Of a stretch of DNA of 64,000 nt, positions 10,564 through 20,536 are shown piece by piece. Within the stretch, counting starts at the first letter, position 1. Each line of letters begins with the position of its first letter. Source of the stretch: Candidatus Omnitrophota bacterium (GTDB lineage Bacteria; Omnitrophota; Gorgyraeia; Duberdicusellales; 4484-171); the NCBI GenBank assembly GCA_014729775.1, contig WJJJ01000022.1:13313-77312 (forward strand), in the 5' to 3' direction. The notes under the pieces were generated by a model. That model was given only the letters and a program-made list of their open reading frames with translations. It searched no databases and was not told the origin of the DNA. The translations under genes were made by a program, and so were the position numbers.

Positions 10564-11448
10564 TTATGTTCCGGCGCCTGCGCCGGTCAGGATCCGTAAC
10601 GCTTCGGAATATTTCTGCCGGGTTTTCTCCACGATCTCCTCGGGCAGTTCGGGGGCCGGAGGATTTTTGTCCCAGTTCAGACTTTTGAGATAGTCACGCA
10701 CAAACTGTTTATCAAAACTCGGCTGCCCCCCCCCGGGCTGATACTGACTTTTCGGCCAGAAACGGGAAGAATCGGGAGTAAACACTTCATCGACCAGGAC
10801 TAAATTCCCCTGATCAAACCCGAACTCAAATTTGGTATCGGCAAGAATGATCCCTTTTTGTTCGGCGTAAAGCCGCGCTTTCTGGTAAAGATTAATGCTG
10901 ATTTCCCGGATTTTCGTTGCGAGCCCTTCTCCGATATGGGATTTCATATACTCGAAATCAACATTCTCATCATGTCCGGTTTCCGCCTTGGTCGCCGGAG
11001 TAAAAATCGGTTTTTCCAACCGGTCCGATTCTTTCAGATTCACCGGCAGATCAATACCGCACACCGTGCCGTTTTCTTGGTATTCTTTCCAGGCAGAACC
11101 GGAAATATACCCTCTAACCACGCACTCAAACGGAACCACTTCACATTTTTTTACGATCATACTGCGCCCCTTCAATACATCCCAGTAAGGCCGCAGCCGG
11201 GAGGGATATTTCTGGATATCCACGGTAATCAGATGATTGCCGATGATCTCCTCCAAGAAGGAAAACCAGAACCGGGAAATCTGCGTGAGCACCTTTCCCT
11301 TCCCCGGGATCGCCGTCGGCAGCACGACATCAAAACAGGAAATCCGGTCGGTCGCGATAAGCAGCAGCCTGTCTTCCAGATCATACACGTCGCGGACTTT
11401 TCCTTTTTTAAACAGAGGCAGTTCCTGAATATTAGTTTCGAAGACCAT
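10564..11448 (-). CDS. purC: Phosphoribosylaminoimidazole-succinocarboxamide synthase (SAICAR synthetase)
   Basis: 294 aa with long-form PurC motifs (GKVRDVYD, LIATDRISCFD, ILADTKFEFG). Confidence 0.9.
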   Translation of the reverse strand: MVFETNIQELPLFKKGKVRDVYDLEDRLLLIATDRISCFDVVLPTAIPGKGKVLTQISRFWFSFLEEIIGNHLITVDIQKYPSRLRPYWDVLKGRSMIVKKCEVVPFECVVRGYISGSAWKEYQENGTVCGIDLPVNLKESDRLEKPIFTPATKAETGHDENVDFEYMKSHIGEGLATKIREISINLYQKARLYAEQKGIILADTKFEFGFDQGNLVLVDEVFTPDSSRFWPKSQYQPGGGQPSFDKQFVRDYLKSLNWDKNPPAPELPEEIVEKTRQKYSEALRILTGAGAGT

Positions 11449-11462
11449 GGCTCACATCCTTT

Positions 11463-13337
11463 CTACTTTTTAAGGAACTCCTCCGGCGCGACGAGCTCAC
11501 CGTGCTGCCTCAGGCAATCTTGCAGCCGCTGCTCCTGCGCGTCGAGTTCCTGGAAAAACCGTGCGGGAATATCTTTTAAATTCACGTAAATGTTCCGGAT
11601 CCGTTCGATCTTGGCCAGATTTTCCTTCACCCGGAGGGAAAACTGGCGGCGGTAATCGTCCCGGGAGAACTCTTTCTTCAACACCTGCTGAAACAGCTTT
11701 TTGAGGTCTTCATACAAGGGGATATAGCCGGTAGGCGTGAGGATCGCGTCTGCCTTGCCCGAAGAACGAAGCCGTACCCACTTAAGCCACACCCGCTTAT
11801 CGTGAATCGCGTTCAGGAATCGGCCTTCTTTGTCTCTCAGGAAATAATTGACGGAAAAGATCATCGGCGCCTGGTCCGGCTTTCCGCCGAATTCAAGATT
11901 CATCTTCACATATTTCCCAAGCGAAACGGAAAGAAAGTCCATGTTTGACATAGGATTAAACACCCGGACCCCTTCCTGGCCCAAAGTTGCCGCGGTCGTT
12001 TCGGATTCGAGACTTGCCGCCTTGATACAAATCCCCTGCTCCCAGGAAAGCGCCTGCTCTACCGGCACCCAGGTATCGGAATCCCGGCCGCCGTAAATGA
12101 GTCCGCTCACCTTGACTCCGTCGGGATTTTCTAAATTTTCATCGACGTTTTCCAGATCTTTGAGCCGGATGGTATAGCGGGCGTTTTTGTGCGAGGGAGG
12201 TATTTCCTGGCCCTGCTCGTCGGCTTTTCCCGGGAACCATTGCCCATAAAAGTTTTCTCCCTTATGCGGCATCTCTCCGGGCTTGCCCATCCAGTACGGC
12301 GTCCCTTCGGGATCGACCAGCACGTTGGAAAAAATCCGTTCGCCCTCGCTGGTGAGCGCTTTATACAGAATCGGATCGTCGTCTGCATTCACGTCCTTGA
12401 TAATACCGAATATCCCCCGCTCGACGTTCACTCCGCGCACTTCACCGTCACGTACCCGCAGATAGGCGATATCATCGCCGACAATCGTTTCCCCGGGAAG
12501 CATCGCGGTTGAGGTCTTCCCGCACATACTGGGATAGGCACCGCTGAAATATGCTTTTTCCCCGTCAAGATCGGAAATCGACATCAGAAACATATGTTCG
12601 GCGAGCCATCCTTCCCGGGAAGCTTTCTGAATTGCCAGCCGCAGGGCAAGTTTCTTCAGCCCCACGGTGTTGCCGGCATATTGAGTATTCGCGCTGTATA
12701 CCAGTTCGTTTTCCAGATCGATATAGACTCTCCGCTGGTCTACGTTTTTACTCACGCCGTTCTCGAGTACTCCCGCACTGTGCACAAACCGAAAAAACTG
12801 ATCCGTTCCGGGATTGTTCCGGAACTGTTCGTATCCGGCCCGGTACAGGATATCCTCGGAATGCGCCACGTACGAAGAATCCGTAATCTGCACCGCGTAA
12901 AGAGAAAAAGGCGAATCCGCCGGTCCCAGACAGAAAAAACACACGAACATTTCTTTTCCGCACATAATTCCCCGCAGAATCTCCCCGATCTCCCGGATGC
13001 CCGATTCCCGCTCCACGGTATTCACGTAATAGCTTATTTTGGCTCCTTTCGGCATCAAATAGCGGGTATTCTTCTTATCCCGCGCCTGGTCGCGGTATCC
13101 GTCAAAATGCACGGTATGCCCGTTTACCGCAAGCGCCTTTTCCTCTCCCAGCGCGAGTGTCCGCTCCCGGATATACTTCCGGTCCTCCTCGCTGTCGGTA
13201 CGCACAAAAATCTTGTCCGGCTCCATAAGAGCGGCGTACTCACTCACGAATTCCAGAACCTTCGGATTCTTTAAGTCCCGGAGTTTGCCGTAATTTTCCG
13301 CATCCATTTTGTTCTTCAGCATGTCTTGAGATTGCAT
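11463..13337 (-). CDS. pckG: Phosphoenolpyruvate carboxykinase (GTP)
   Basis: 624 aa with the GTP-PEPCK kinase-1a/P-loop region (AYPSMCGKTSTAM) and YAGNTVGLKKLALRLA. Confidence 0.85.
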   Translation of the reverse strand: MQSQDMLKNKMDAENYGKLRDLKNPKVLEFVSEYAALMEPDKIFVRTDSEEDRKYIRERTLALGEEKALAVNGHTVHFDGYRDQARDKKNTRYLMPKGAKISYYVNTVERESGIREIGEILRGIMCGKEMFVCFFCLGPADSPFSLYAVQITDSSYVAHSEDILYRAGYEQFRNNPGTDQFFRFVHSAGVLENGVSKNVDQRRVYIDLENELVYSANTQYAGNTVGLKKLALRLAIQKASREGWLAEHMFLMSISDLDGEKAYFSGAYPSMCGKTSTAMLPGETIVGDDIAYLRVRDGEVRGVNVERGIFGIIKDVNADDDPILYKALTSEGERIFSNVLVDPEGTPYWMGKPGEMPHKGENFYGQWFPGKADEQGQEIPPSHKNARYTIRLKDLENVDENLENPDGVKVSGLIYGGRDSDTWVPVEQALSWEQGICIKAASLESETTAATLGQEGVRVFNPMSNMDFLSVSLGKYVKMNLEFGGKPDQAPMIFSVNYFLRDKEGRFLNAIHDKRVWLKWVRLRSSGKADAILTPTGYIPLYEDLKKLFQQVLKKEFSRDDYRRQFSLRVKENLAKIERIRNIYVNLKDIPARFFQELDAQEQRLQDCLRQHGELVAPEEFLKK

Positions 13338-13440
13338 TTACCCCTCCTAAATCGTGCCTAATGTACCATAATCTTATGCCCCTCGCAAGGATTTTCTCCC
13401 TGCGTTCAGACAAACATGCACGCGTGTGCGGAAAAAATTT

Positions 13441-15876
13441 TTACCGTTTTTTCAGGGAAAACTTTTTACTTTTCCGGAAAGGAAGTGAATACTCTTTGCC
13501 GTATACCCGCACTTTGACCTTTTTTCCCGTGTTCTTTTCCACCCGTTCAACCCGTAACGTTAAATAGCGGGAAGTAAACGAAAATATATACCATGCGTCC
13601 TGGAACCGCAACCGGAACCGGAGCCGTTTCCATTTACGGGGTACCCGGGGATACGCGCACAGAATACCGTCCTGGATGGTCACCCCCGCAAACCGGCGCA
13701 CCAGGATATCAATGGAACCGCCCATCACCCCGCAATGAATCCCCTCCGGCGTGGTTCCTCCCTGGATATCGTGCACATCGGACGACATCACCTCATGAAA
13801 CCATTTCATCGACTTTTTTTCCATTCCCAGCTCATGGGCGAGATAGCAGTGGACCACTTTACTCAGGGTGGATCCGTGAGAAGTCCGCTGTTCGTAATAA
13901 CGGAAATTCTTGCGAATCTGGGAAAGGTCGATCTCATACCCAAGCCCCTTAAAAATTCTCCGCACTTCCTCAAACGGGAACAGATAAAAAATCATAAGCA
14001 CGTCGGCTTGTTTCGCGACCTTGTATTCGTCCGGGTATTTCCCCTCGGCTTTCAGTATGCGGTCCATCCGCTGTATATTTTTATACTCGGCCCGGTATGC
14101 TTTCCAATTCAGCTCTTTCAGGGAAAAGTAGCCCTGGAACTGGCTGATAATTCCGTCGTCGTTGATAAGGACCTTCATTTTTTTGGTGATTTCTCCCCAG
14201 CGCGTCAATTCGCTCTTTTTGAGCGAAAGCTTTTTTTTCAACGATTCGCGGTCTTCCCCGTTCAGTATCTCAAGAATCTGCGCGGCGCTGCGTAATACCC
14301 ATACCGCCATCACGTTGGTATAGGCGTTATCATCGAGTCCGGGATGATCCGAACCGGGACACATTTCGTGAAATTCATCAGGCCCCATGACGCCCCGGAT
14401 ATGGAACCTCTGGTCCTTCTCGTCATATTCGGCCAGGCTCTCCGCCAGACGGGCGATTTCAAGAAACGTTTCCGCGCCGTACTGTTTCAGAAACGCGTAA
14501 TCTCCGGTGATCTTCCAATACTCCCAGATATTGAACGCGATAATAAAAGAAATATGTCTCTGAAGCCGGCTGTAATCCGGACCCCATTTCCCCGATAAAG
14601 GATTCAGATGAATCTCCTGGGTTTCCTCCTCTCCGGACGCGCCGCTCTGCCAGGGGAACATCGCTCCTTTAAACCGGTTCGCCCGGGCGAGTTTCCGCGC
14701 CTGGTCCAGACGGCGGTACCGGTACAGAAACAGCGCTTTCGCCACTTCGGGTTGATGAAAATCGTAAAAAGGGAACACGAACACCTCGTCCCAGAACACG
14801 TGTCCCCGGTACGCTTCCCCGTGCAGGCCTCGCGCCGGAATGCCGGCGTCGATCTCCGCGTTGTGGGCGGTCGCGACCTGAAGCAGATGAAACGTGTGGA
14901 ACCTGAGCGCCATCTGGGCGAACGCATCTCCCTCCAGATGAATATCGTGGTCGCCCCATAACCGATGCCAGGCCTTCACGTGACTTTGAAAAAGTTCCGG
15001 AAACGACGGAGCCCGTTTGGTCTCCTTGACCGCGGCATGTACCGGCCGTTTCACTTTTTTATCCCGCGAGGTATACAGTGCTACGATTTTTTCTACCGTG
15101 TACGTGTGATTTTCTTTGACCTGCATCTTCCATTCCTGGCCGATGCGTTCGCGGCCTTTCATTAACCTGCGGGTAACAGGCCGGATTCGCGGCGAGATCT
15201 CCTTGTTGTCCTGAAACACCCGCACCCGTTCGGCTTCGGCGATCTCTACTCCCGACTGACTCGTTTTCATCGATAAATACACGCCGTTTTTCTGAAACCT
15301 GCCGTTGGCGCAGGGCTGGAGGTGTTTGGAATTCAACTGACGATAACGGGCGACTCCCAAATTTTCCACCGCGCCGTCGAGCATAGTCCGTACCGTAATT
15401 TCTCCATGGTAATTTTCCGGCGTAATTTTGTATTCGATCGCCCCCAGATGCATCCGTTCCAAATGGATGAGCATCCGGGATTCCACTTTGAAACGGGCTC
15501 CCTTTGCCGTTCGGAACCTGACGGTCCGCGAAACCACGCCGTCCTTCATGTGCAGCTGCATCCGGTAAGTAAGGATCCGCGCAGTAGAAGGGCAGAACCA
15601 GTCCTCGTCCCCGGCGCGAAAAGTGACGAAATTCCACTGAGGACAGTTCACCATGTCTTCGTTGGTCACGCATTTTTTTTCAAAACACGTTTCCAGCTTG
15701 TTATAAAGACCGGCGACATAGGTGCCTGGGTAATGGATCTTCGACGCGGTAGCTTCCGGAGCCGCCGCCCGGGTTCCGAAATACCCGTTTGCCAGCGTGC
15801 ATAACGCCTCGCGCAGCTGTTCCTGCGCCGGCTGGAACCGTTTGTAGGTCAGTTTCCAGTTGCTGAACTTTTCCAT
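13441..15876 (-). CDS. Glycoside hydrolase family 65 disaccharide phosphorylase (trehalose/kojibiose/maltose-phosphorylase type)
   Basis: 811 aa with a GH65 N-terminal pattern (NWKLTY..F.P...E.LCTLANGYFGTRAA). Its start codon overlaps the stop of the upstream beta-PGM/TPP gene (TAATG). Confidence 0.75.
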   Translation of the reverse strand: MEKFSNWKLTYKRFQPAQEQLREALCTLANGYFGTRAAAPEATASKIHYPGTYVAGLYNKLETCFEKKCVTNEDMVNCPQWNFVTFRAGDEDWFCPSTARILTYRMQLHMKDGVVSRTVRFRTAKGARFKVESRMLIHLERMHLGAIEYKITPENYHGEITVRTMLDGAVENLGVARYRQLNSKHLQPCANGRFQKNGVYLSMKTSQSGVEIAEAERVRVFQDNKEISPRIRPVTRRLMKGRERIGQEWKMQVKENHTYTVEKIVALYTSRDKKVKRPVHAAVKETKRAPSFPELFQSHVKAWHRLWGDHDIHLEGDAFAQMALRFHTFHLLQVATAHNAEIDAGIPARGLHGEAYRGHVFWDEVFVFPFYDFHQPEVAKALFLYRYRRLDQARKLARANRFKGAMFPWQSGASGEEETQEIHLNPLSGKWGPDYSRLQRHISFIIAFNIWEYWKITGDYAFLKQYGAETFLEIARLAESLAEYDEKDQRFHIRGVMGPDEFHEMCPGSDHPGLDDNAYTNVMAVWVLRSAAQILEILNGEDRESLKKKLSLKKSELTRWGEITKKMKVLINDDGIISQFQGYFSLKELNWKAYRAEYKNIQRMDRILKAEGKYPDEYKVAKQADVLMIFYLFPFEEVRRIFKGLGYEIDLSQIRKNFRYYEQRTSHGSTLSKVVHCYLAHELGMEKKSMKWFHEVMSSDVHDIQGGTTPEGIHCGVMGGSIDILVRRFAGVTIQDGILCAYPRVPRKWKRLRFRLRFQDAWYIFSFTSRYLTLRVERVEKNTGKKVKVRVYGKEYSLPFRKSKKFSLKKR

Positions 15877-17465
15877 TATTTCACCGAAAGCATTTGTTGG
15901 AAGAAAGATTTGACTTCGTCCGGAGAAGAAATACGGAAATCGGCCGACGAAGGTTTCGGCTGGGCCGCGACTAATATCGTCGCCCCGCGGGTTCTGACCA
16001 CGCGAAACGCATCCTCGTCGGTCGTATCGTCACCGATATAGACAATCAGAGAATCACTCCAATTTTTCTGGAGCGTTTTCATGATCCACCGCACCGCTTT
16101 TCCCTTATTCCAGTCAAGCGCGGGGAGGATTTCGAACACTTTCTTCCCGTGCATACAGCGCAGCCGCGGATGCGCGTCCACGATTTCCTCCACGCACTGC
16201 GCGATTGCCGCGCATTCTTCCCGGGCGACAAGACGGTAATGCACGGCCACGCTGAATTTTTTCTCTTCGATCAGCGCGCCTTCAATGCCTTTGAGCCGCT
16301 CTTTCAGCTGTCGGATAATTTCATCGATCGTGGGAATCAGCGCTTCCACTTCCGGCAGGACCATGGAAAATCCGGGCCCCCGGATATCAAATCCGTGACT
16401 GCCTGCGTAAAAAATGTCTTTTATTCCGGCCAGCGATTCCACGTCTTCCCGCATGCGTCCGCTCACAATCGCAACGGTATAGCTTTTCGCCAGCTTCTCT
16501 ATTTCTCTCCGCATTTCATCGGAAATCACCGCGTCCTGCGGACGGTCCACGATCGGCGTCAGCGTACCGTCGTAATCCAGAAAAAATACGATCTCTTTTC
16601 CCGAAAAAAACGTTTCTTTCCCGGACCGGCAAAAAGACGGGTGAGCCGGGATCCCCACTTGGGGAGCCGGAGGATTTTTTCCCCAATGAGACAGAAGTTC
16701 GGGCGGGGTCCGTTGAAACCACTGATCAATATTCTCTTTACTCGCTTCCTCCAGGTCTTTGATCACCAGATCGGCTCCGTGTGCGAATAGATCATCCGTA
16801 TTCCCTTCGCGCGCGATCCCCAGTACCAGACGAAAGCCGCCGTTACGGCCCGCGCGTACGCCGCTGGTAGCGTCTTCCACGACGAACGAATCTTGGGGGA
16901 GGAATCCGAGATTGGCCGCCGCCCGGACGAAAATATCCCCTTCAGGTTTTCCCTGGAGTCCGAGCTCCGCCGACACCACCCCGTCAACCCGGGTTTCAAA
17001 CAGTTCTTCAATCCCCGCGGCTTCCAGAATAAATTTGCAATTCTTTGACGAAGACGCGACTCCGATACGGATCCCCGCGTCTTTCAGTTCCCGGATAAAG
17101 ACCAAAGAAGATTCGAACAGCTCGACCCCGTCTTCACGGATCACTTGGAGAAACTTCTCGTTTTTCCGGTTACCAATCCCGCACACGGTTTCCTGCCCGG
17201 CCTCATCGGTCGGTTCTCCGTACGGGATCTCAATCCCCCGGGACTCAAGAAAGCTTTTTACCCCCTCATAGCGGGGTTTGCCGTCCACGAACGGCAGATA
17301 TCCTTCTTCATAGGTGAATTCTTTGAACGGAGTACCGTCCCGCTCTTCCAGCATCCCAAGATACTCGTCAAACACCGCTTTCCAGGCCTTAAAATGCACG
17401 GTAGCCGTATTCGTAATGACTCCGTCCAGATCAAAAATTGCCGCTTTACATTCCGAACTGCTCAT
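15876..17465 (-). CDS. Fusion protein: HAD beta-phosphoglucomutase domain + trehalose-6-phosphate phosphatase-like (OtsB) domain
   Basis: N-terminal half carries the DLDGVITNT HAD motif I typical of beta-PGM. C-terminal half carries FFLDYDGTLTPIV and IGDDTTDEDAF, the motifs of trehalose-phosphatase-family HAD enzymes. Confidence 0.7.
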   Translation of the reverse strand: MSSSECKAAIFDLDGVITNTATVHFKAWKAVFDEYLGMLEERDGTPFKEFTYEEGYLPFVDGKPRYEGVKSFLESRGIEIPYGEPTDEAGQETVCGIGNRKNEKFLQVIREDGVELFESSLVFIRELKDAGIRIGVASSSKNCKFILEAAGIEELFETRVDGVVSAELGLQGKPEGDIFVRAAANLGFLPQDSFVVEDATSGVRAGRNGGFRLVLGIAREGNTDDLFAHGADLVIKDLEEASKENIDQWFQRTPPELLSHWGKNPPAPQVGIPAHPSFCRSGKETFFSGKEIVFFLDYDGTLTPIVDRPQDAVISDEMRREIEKLAKSYTVAIVSGRMREDVESLAGIKDIFYAGSHGFDIRGPGFSMVLPEVEALIPTIDEIIRQLKERLKGIEGALIEEKKFSVAVHYRLVAREECAAIAQCVEEIVDAHPRLRCMHGKKVFEILPALDWNKGKAVRWIMKTLQKNWSDSLIVYIGDDTTDEDAFRVVRTRGATILVAAQPKPSSADFRISSPDEVKSFFQQMLSVK

Positions 17466-17572
17466 TCATCCTCCTTGCCGTTTAAGAACATCTATTATAC
17501 AGGAAGTCCGCCGCCCGTGAAACGAAAAAATGAAACTTTGTCGCGGAAAACGTTCCAAAGCGGAATATGAAA

Positions 17573-18052
17573 TCACTTTTGGCCGGGGGACGATTTCAAA
17601 TCAGGCGGCGTAAGATCGATCACTTCTTCCGCATCCATCTCAATCACGTACTGCGGCCGGGGGAACTGCGATTCCGGATGATGTTGGGTATTGCGTTCCC
17701 GCTGGACGTTGCGGATTAGCCGCGCGGAAATCCGCTGGGTCACCCGCTCATCCCAGGCCCGCAAAATAGTCTCCGGGATATTATGACGGTCAATGAGATG
17801 GGCCCGGCCCTTGATCACGTACCCCCGGAACTGATGCTCATCCACCGCGGTAATACTGATCACGGGATTTTGCTTCAAATTCCGGAACGTCCGCCCCAGA
17901 TACAAATCCAGTAAATAAATCTTGTATCCGTCTTCAATGTAGCCGATCCCCTTGGCGGAACAGTGAATAGACCAATCCGAGGTAATGCTGGACACCACCA
18001 CAAAATGCTGTTTCAGCAGGAAATTCTCAATCCCCCGGGACAACAGGCTCAT
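17573..18052 (-). CDS. Pyridoxamine 5'-phosphate oxidase-like FMN-binding family protein
   Basis: 159 aa with PNPOx-like split-barrel fold features. Assignment is by pattern recognition only. Confidence 0.5.
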   Translation of the reverse strand: MSLLSRGIENFLLKQHFVVVSSITSDWSIHCSAKGIGYIEDGYKIYLLDLYLGRTFRNLKQNPVISITAVDEHQFRGYVIKGRAHLIDRHNIPETILRAWDERVTQRISARLIRNVQRERNTQHHPESQFPRPQYVIEMDAEEVIDLTPPDLKSSPGQK

Positions 18053-18288
18053 GCCTGCTCCTTTCTTGACGGCTGTGCGCCGCCGCAGCGCGCCTTACAC
18101 CCCGCTTTGTGCAGAATAATTTCCGCCGGGCAAAATCCGGTAAACGCTGACTGCAGCAGATTCAGACCGACGAAGGCAGTCAGCGCAAACCACCATCTGC
18201 TGACCAAAAGCCCCAGCAGTAAAGAGATCAGCACTACGCTCCCGGCAATCACCCGCACTCCCTGTTCCAACGTAAATGTCTTTTTCAT
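18049..18288 (-). CDS. DUF2892 (YgaP-like) small membrane protein
   Basis: 79 aa with two TM helices and a conserved Cys (GFCP), typical of DUF2892. Overlaps the upstream gene by 4 bp. Confidence 0.5.
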   Translation of the reverse strand: MKKTFTLEQGVRVIAGSVVLISLLLGLLVSRWWFALTAFVGLNLLQSAFTGFCPAEIILHKAGCKARCGGAQPSRKEQA

Positions 18289-18443
18289 CGCTTTTCCTCC
18301 CGGATAGTAAATTTCTCTCAGACCGCAGCTCCTGTTCCCTCACGTCTCGGGGAAGGTCACCTGCCCTGCCGGCGGCCGGCCGGGCACAGACTCCCCCGTT
18401 TTTTCTGCCCCTCCCGCACCCCGCATCCAGGATCAAGAAGATC

Positions 18444-19751
18444 TCAAAACGCATACCTCACCCGCAGGTACACGTTCTTATTCCTCTCCAGCTGTCCGAA
18501 CTCGGTAGAGTCATCTTCACCCCAGATCAAATTCGCGCCGAAGGTAAAACTCAACTGGTCGGTCACGTCATAATCGACTTTCGGACGCAGATACGCGTCC
18601 CGGTCGGAAGGAGAAAAAAACAAAAAAAGCCCGGCATCAACCGTTTGATTCCAGTACTGTTGATTGATCCGCAGCGTCAGCAAATGCCGGAATTCATCCC
18701 GCGCGACATCCCCGGGCAGCAACGCCCGGCGGTAGGAGTCATATTCAAGCCGCTGTTCAAGCAAATACTGCACGCCGATCCGAAGATCATTGCCGAGATC
18801 CTGGTCGTAGCCGACAAGATACTTGCACATTGAGTTGGGAATCAGCCGGTTATCTCCGGCGCTGTCCTCCCGGGAATGATAATAGGCAAATTCCGCGTTC
18901 GCGATTCCCTCATAAAAGGGACCGCGTACACTCATACCGTAGGCGTCAAGGCGGGGGAAATACAGCCGGCGCTGCATTTGGTTTAATATTCCCCGCGGCA
19001 TTTTATAATGTCCCCGAAACGCGTACCAGGCGAATTCGTACCGCCCGAAATTCCGGTATGCCCTCATGGCGACTTCGGAATGTTCCGGCTGTCGGGCCGG
19101 TTCCACTACGGTCCGGTTGACCGACCTGGCGGCAATTCTCTGCTGGAACACGTCATAGAAAGAAAGTCTCTGGCCGGTAAAAAAATCATTGGGTTCACAC
19201 ACCGGGATCAGAGCAAGATCCAGATTGACCGGATCGGTATAAAAGGAAACCCGGACTCCGTCGCTGGGTTTTTTCAGATATTCATCGTCGCGCCCGATAT
19301 AGAACGAAATATAATCTTTGGGAAACAAATCGTTCAAAAAGAGATAATCCCCGGTGCCCCAGGTAAACACCTGCCGGCCCATCCTCAGATCCATCCAGGA
19401 AAGAGGCGACAGGATAAGGTTCAACTCCCGCAGTTCGAATTCCGCCCGGCCGCCGTAATACTCATCCAGCAGAAAATCACCGCGAAAATTGACGGCGGCC
19501 ATCCAGTCCTTCCAGACCTCGGCGAACTCAGGGTACCAGGTCGTTTCCAGCTGGAGACGCTGTTCCAACATCGACAGATCTTCGTGTTTCGTCGTATCGT
19601 CGCCCAGCTTCCCGCCGTATCCGGCTTCCACAAATCCGCCGATCCGCGGCCCGTCTTTTCCCAGCCGGAACGCCGCCTCGGCCGGAACGCTCCGCCCGGC
19701 CAGGCACAATCCGGCAGCGCAGGCGAACACTCCCTTTAATAATCGAGCCAT
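18444..19751 (-). CDS. Outer-membrane beta-barrel protein (signal peptide, C-terminal Phe)
   Basis: 435 aa with N-terminal signal peptide MARLLKGVFACAAGLCLAG, alternating beta-strand-like segments and C-terminal ...YLRVRYAF. Confidence 0.5.
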   Translation of the reverse strand: MARLLKGVFACAAGLCLAGRSVPAEAAFRLGKDGPRIGGFVEAGYGGKLGDDTTKHEDLSMLEQRLQLETTWYPEFAEVWKDWMAAVNFRGDFLLDEYYGGRAEFELRELNLILSPLSWMDLRMGRQVFTWGTGDYLFLNDLFPKDYISFYIGRDDEYLKKPSDGVRVSFYTDPVNLDLALIPVCEPNDFFTGQRLSFYDVFQQRIAARSVNRTVVEPARQPEHSEVAMRAYRNFGRYEFAWYAFRGHYKMPRGILNQMQRRLYFPRLDAYGMSVRGPFYEGIANAEFAYYHSREDSAGDNRLIPNSMCKYLVGYDQDLGNDLRIGVQYLLEQRLEYDSYRRALLPGDVARDEFRHLLTLRINQQYWNQTVDAGLFLFFSPSDRDAYLRPKVDYDVTDQLSFTFGANLIWGEDDSTEFGQLERNKNVYLRVRYAF

Positions 19752-20536
19752 CGCCGCGGCGCCCTCCGTAAATACCGTTCGGTAAAGATATCCTCACTGA
19801 TCCCCACGTCATACTCAATATCGGAAAATTCCACAATGGTATGGGAGCCGGCGGCCAGGTCATCGGCCCGCTGGCGGATGATCGTCGGATGTCCCTGAAT
19901 TTCTTTTACCTCCAGGGCGTTAATCTCGCGATACTTTTCTCCCTGCGCGTCAAAATACTCCGCCTTGACCGGCATCATCGTCTCCTTGTCGATCGAAACC
20001 AGATAATAAGAGAACTCCACCAGATCGGGATCCTTGGGAGTGTTTTTCAACAGGTACTTTCCGCCTTCGGAAGACACCAATTCATGCGAATCGAGGTCGA
20101 CACTCCGGCCGGAAATGTCCTCATAGGTAAAGTCCGATCCGACAAAGCTGGACCGTTTGTCGCTGGCGGCGATTCTCCGTACCAGGTCCAGTGCCGGCAA
20201 ATACAGCCAACGGTCATCGTCGGAACCCACGTGCTTCCATACCATATATACCATTTCCCGCACGTCGGCGGGTTCGCGGAAATACACGTAATACTTCTGC
20301 CGGCCGCCGTCTTTGATATCGTATCTCAGGATCTGAAATTTCCTTTTGCGGGTCCGCTCCTGGCGGTCGGTCAGCGTCATTTCCACCGTGGCCCGGCCGT
20401 CGTCTCCTTCATAATAGGCGGTATTATACGCTTTTCGCGCGATCTCATCCGCTCCCATTTCGGCCCGCGCGCCGGCAATACCCTGCGCATACCCCACTAT
20501 CAACATCCCGATCATTATTCCCGTTCTCCTGTTCAT
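19736..20536 (-). CDS. Outer membrane lipoprotein-sorting (LolA-like) family protein
   Basis: Start placed at the ATG at 20536 (MNRRTGIMIGMLIVGYAQG signal peptide) with an AAGGAGG RBS. The ORF-track N-terminal extension (Arg/Gly-rich) is rejected. Start overlaps the MMPL gene stop (ATGA). Confidence 0.6.
   Translation of the reverse strand: MNRRTGIMIGMLIVGYAQGIAGARAEMGADEIARKAYNTAYYEGDDGRATVEMTLTDRQERTRKRKFQILRYDIKDGGRQKYYVYFREPADVREMVYMVWKHVGSDDDRWLYLPALDLVRRIAASDKRSSFVGSDFTYEDISGRSVDLDSHELVSSEGGKYLLKNTPKDPDLVEFSYYLVSIDKETMMPVKAEYFDAQGEKYREINALEVKEIQGHPTIIRQRADDLAAGSHTIVEFSDIEYDVGISEDIFTERYLRRAPRRWLDY

Noticed and set aside
13412-13425. GC palindrome GCACGCGTGTGC between the GH65 and pckG genes as a terminator
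   Set aside because: The adjacent T-run lies on the wrong side for the minus-strand transcript, so at best it is a weak terminator.
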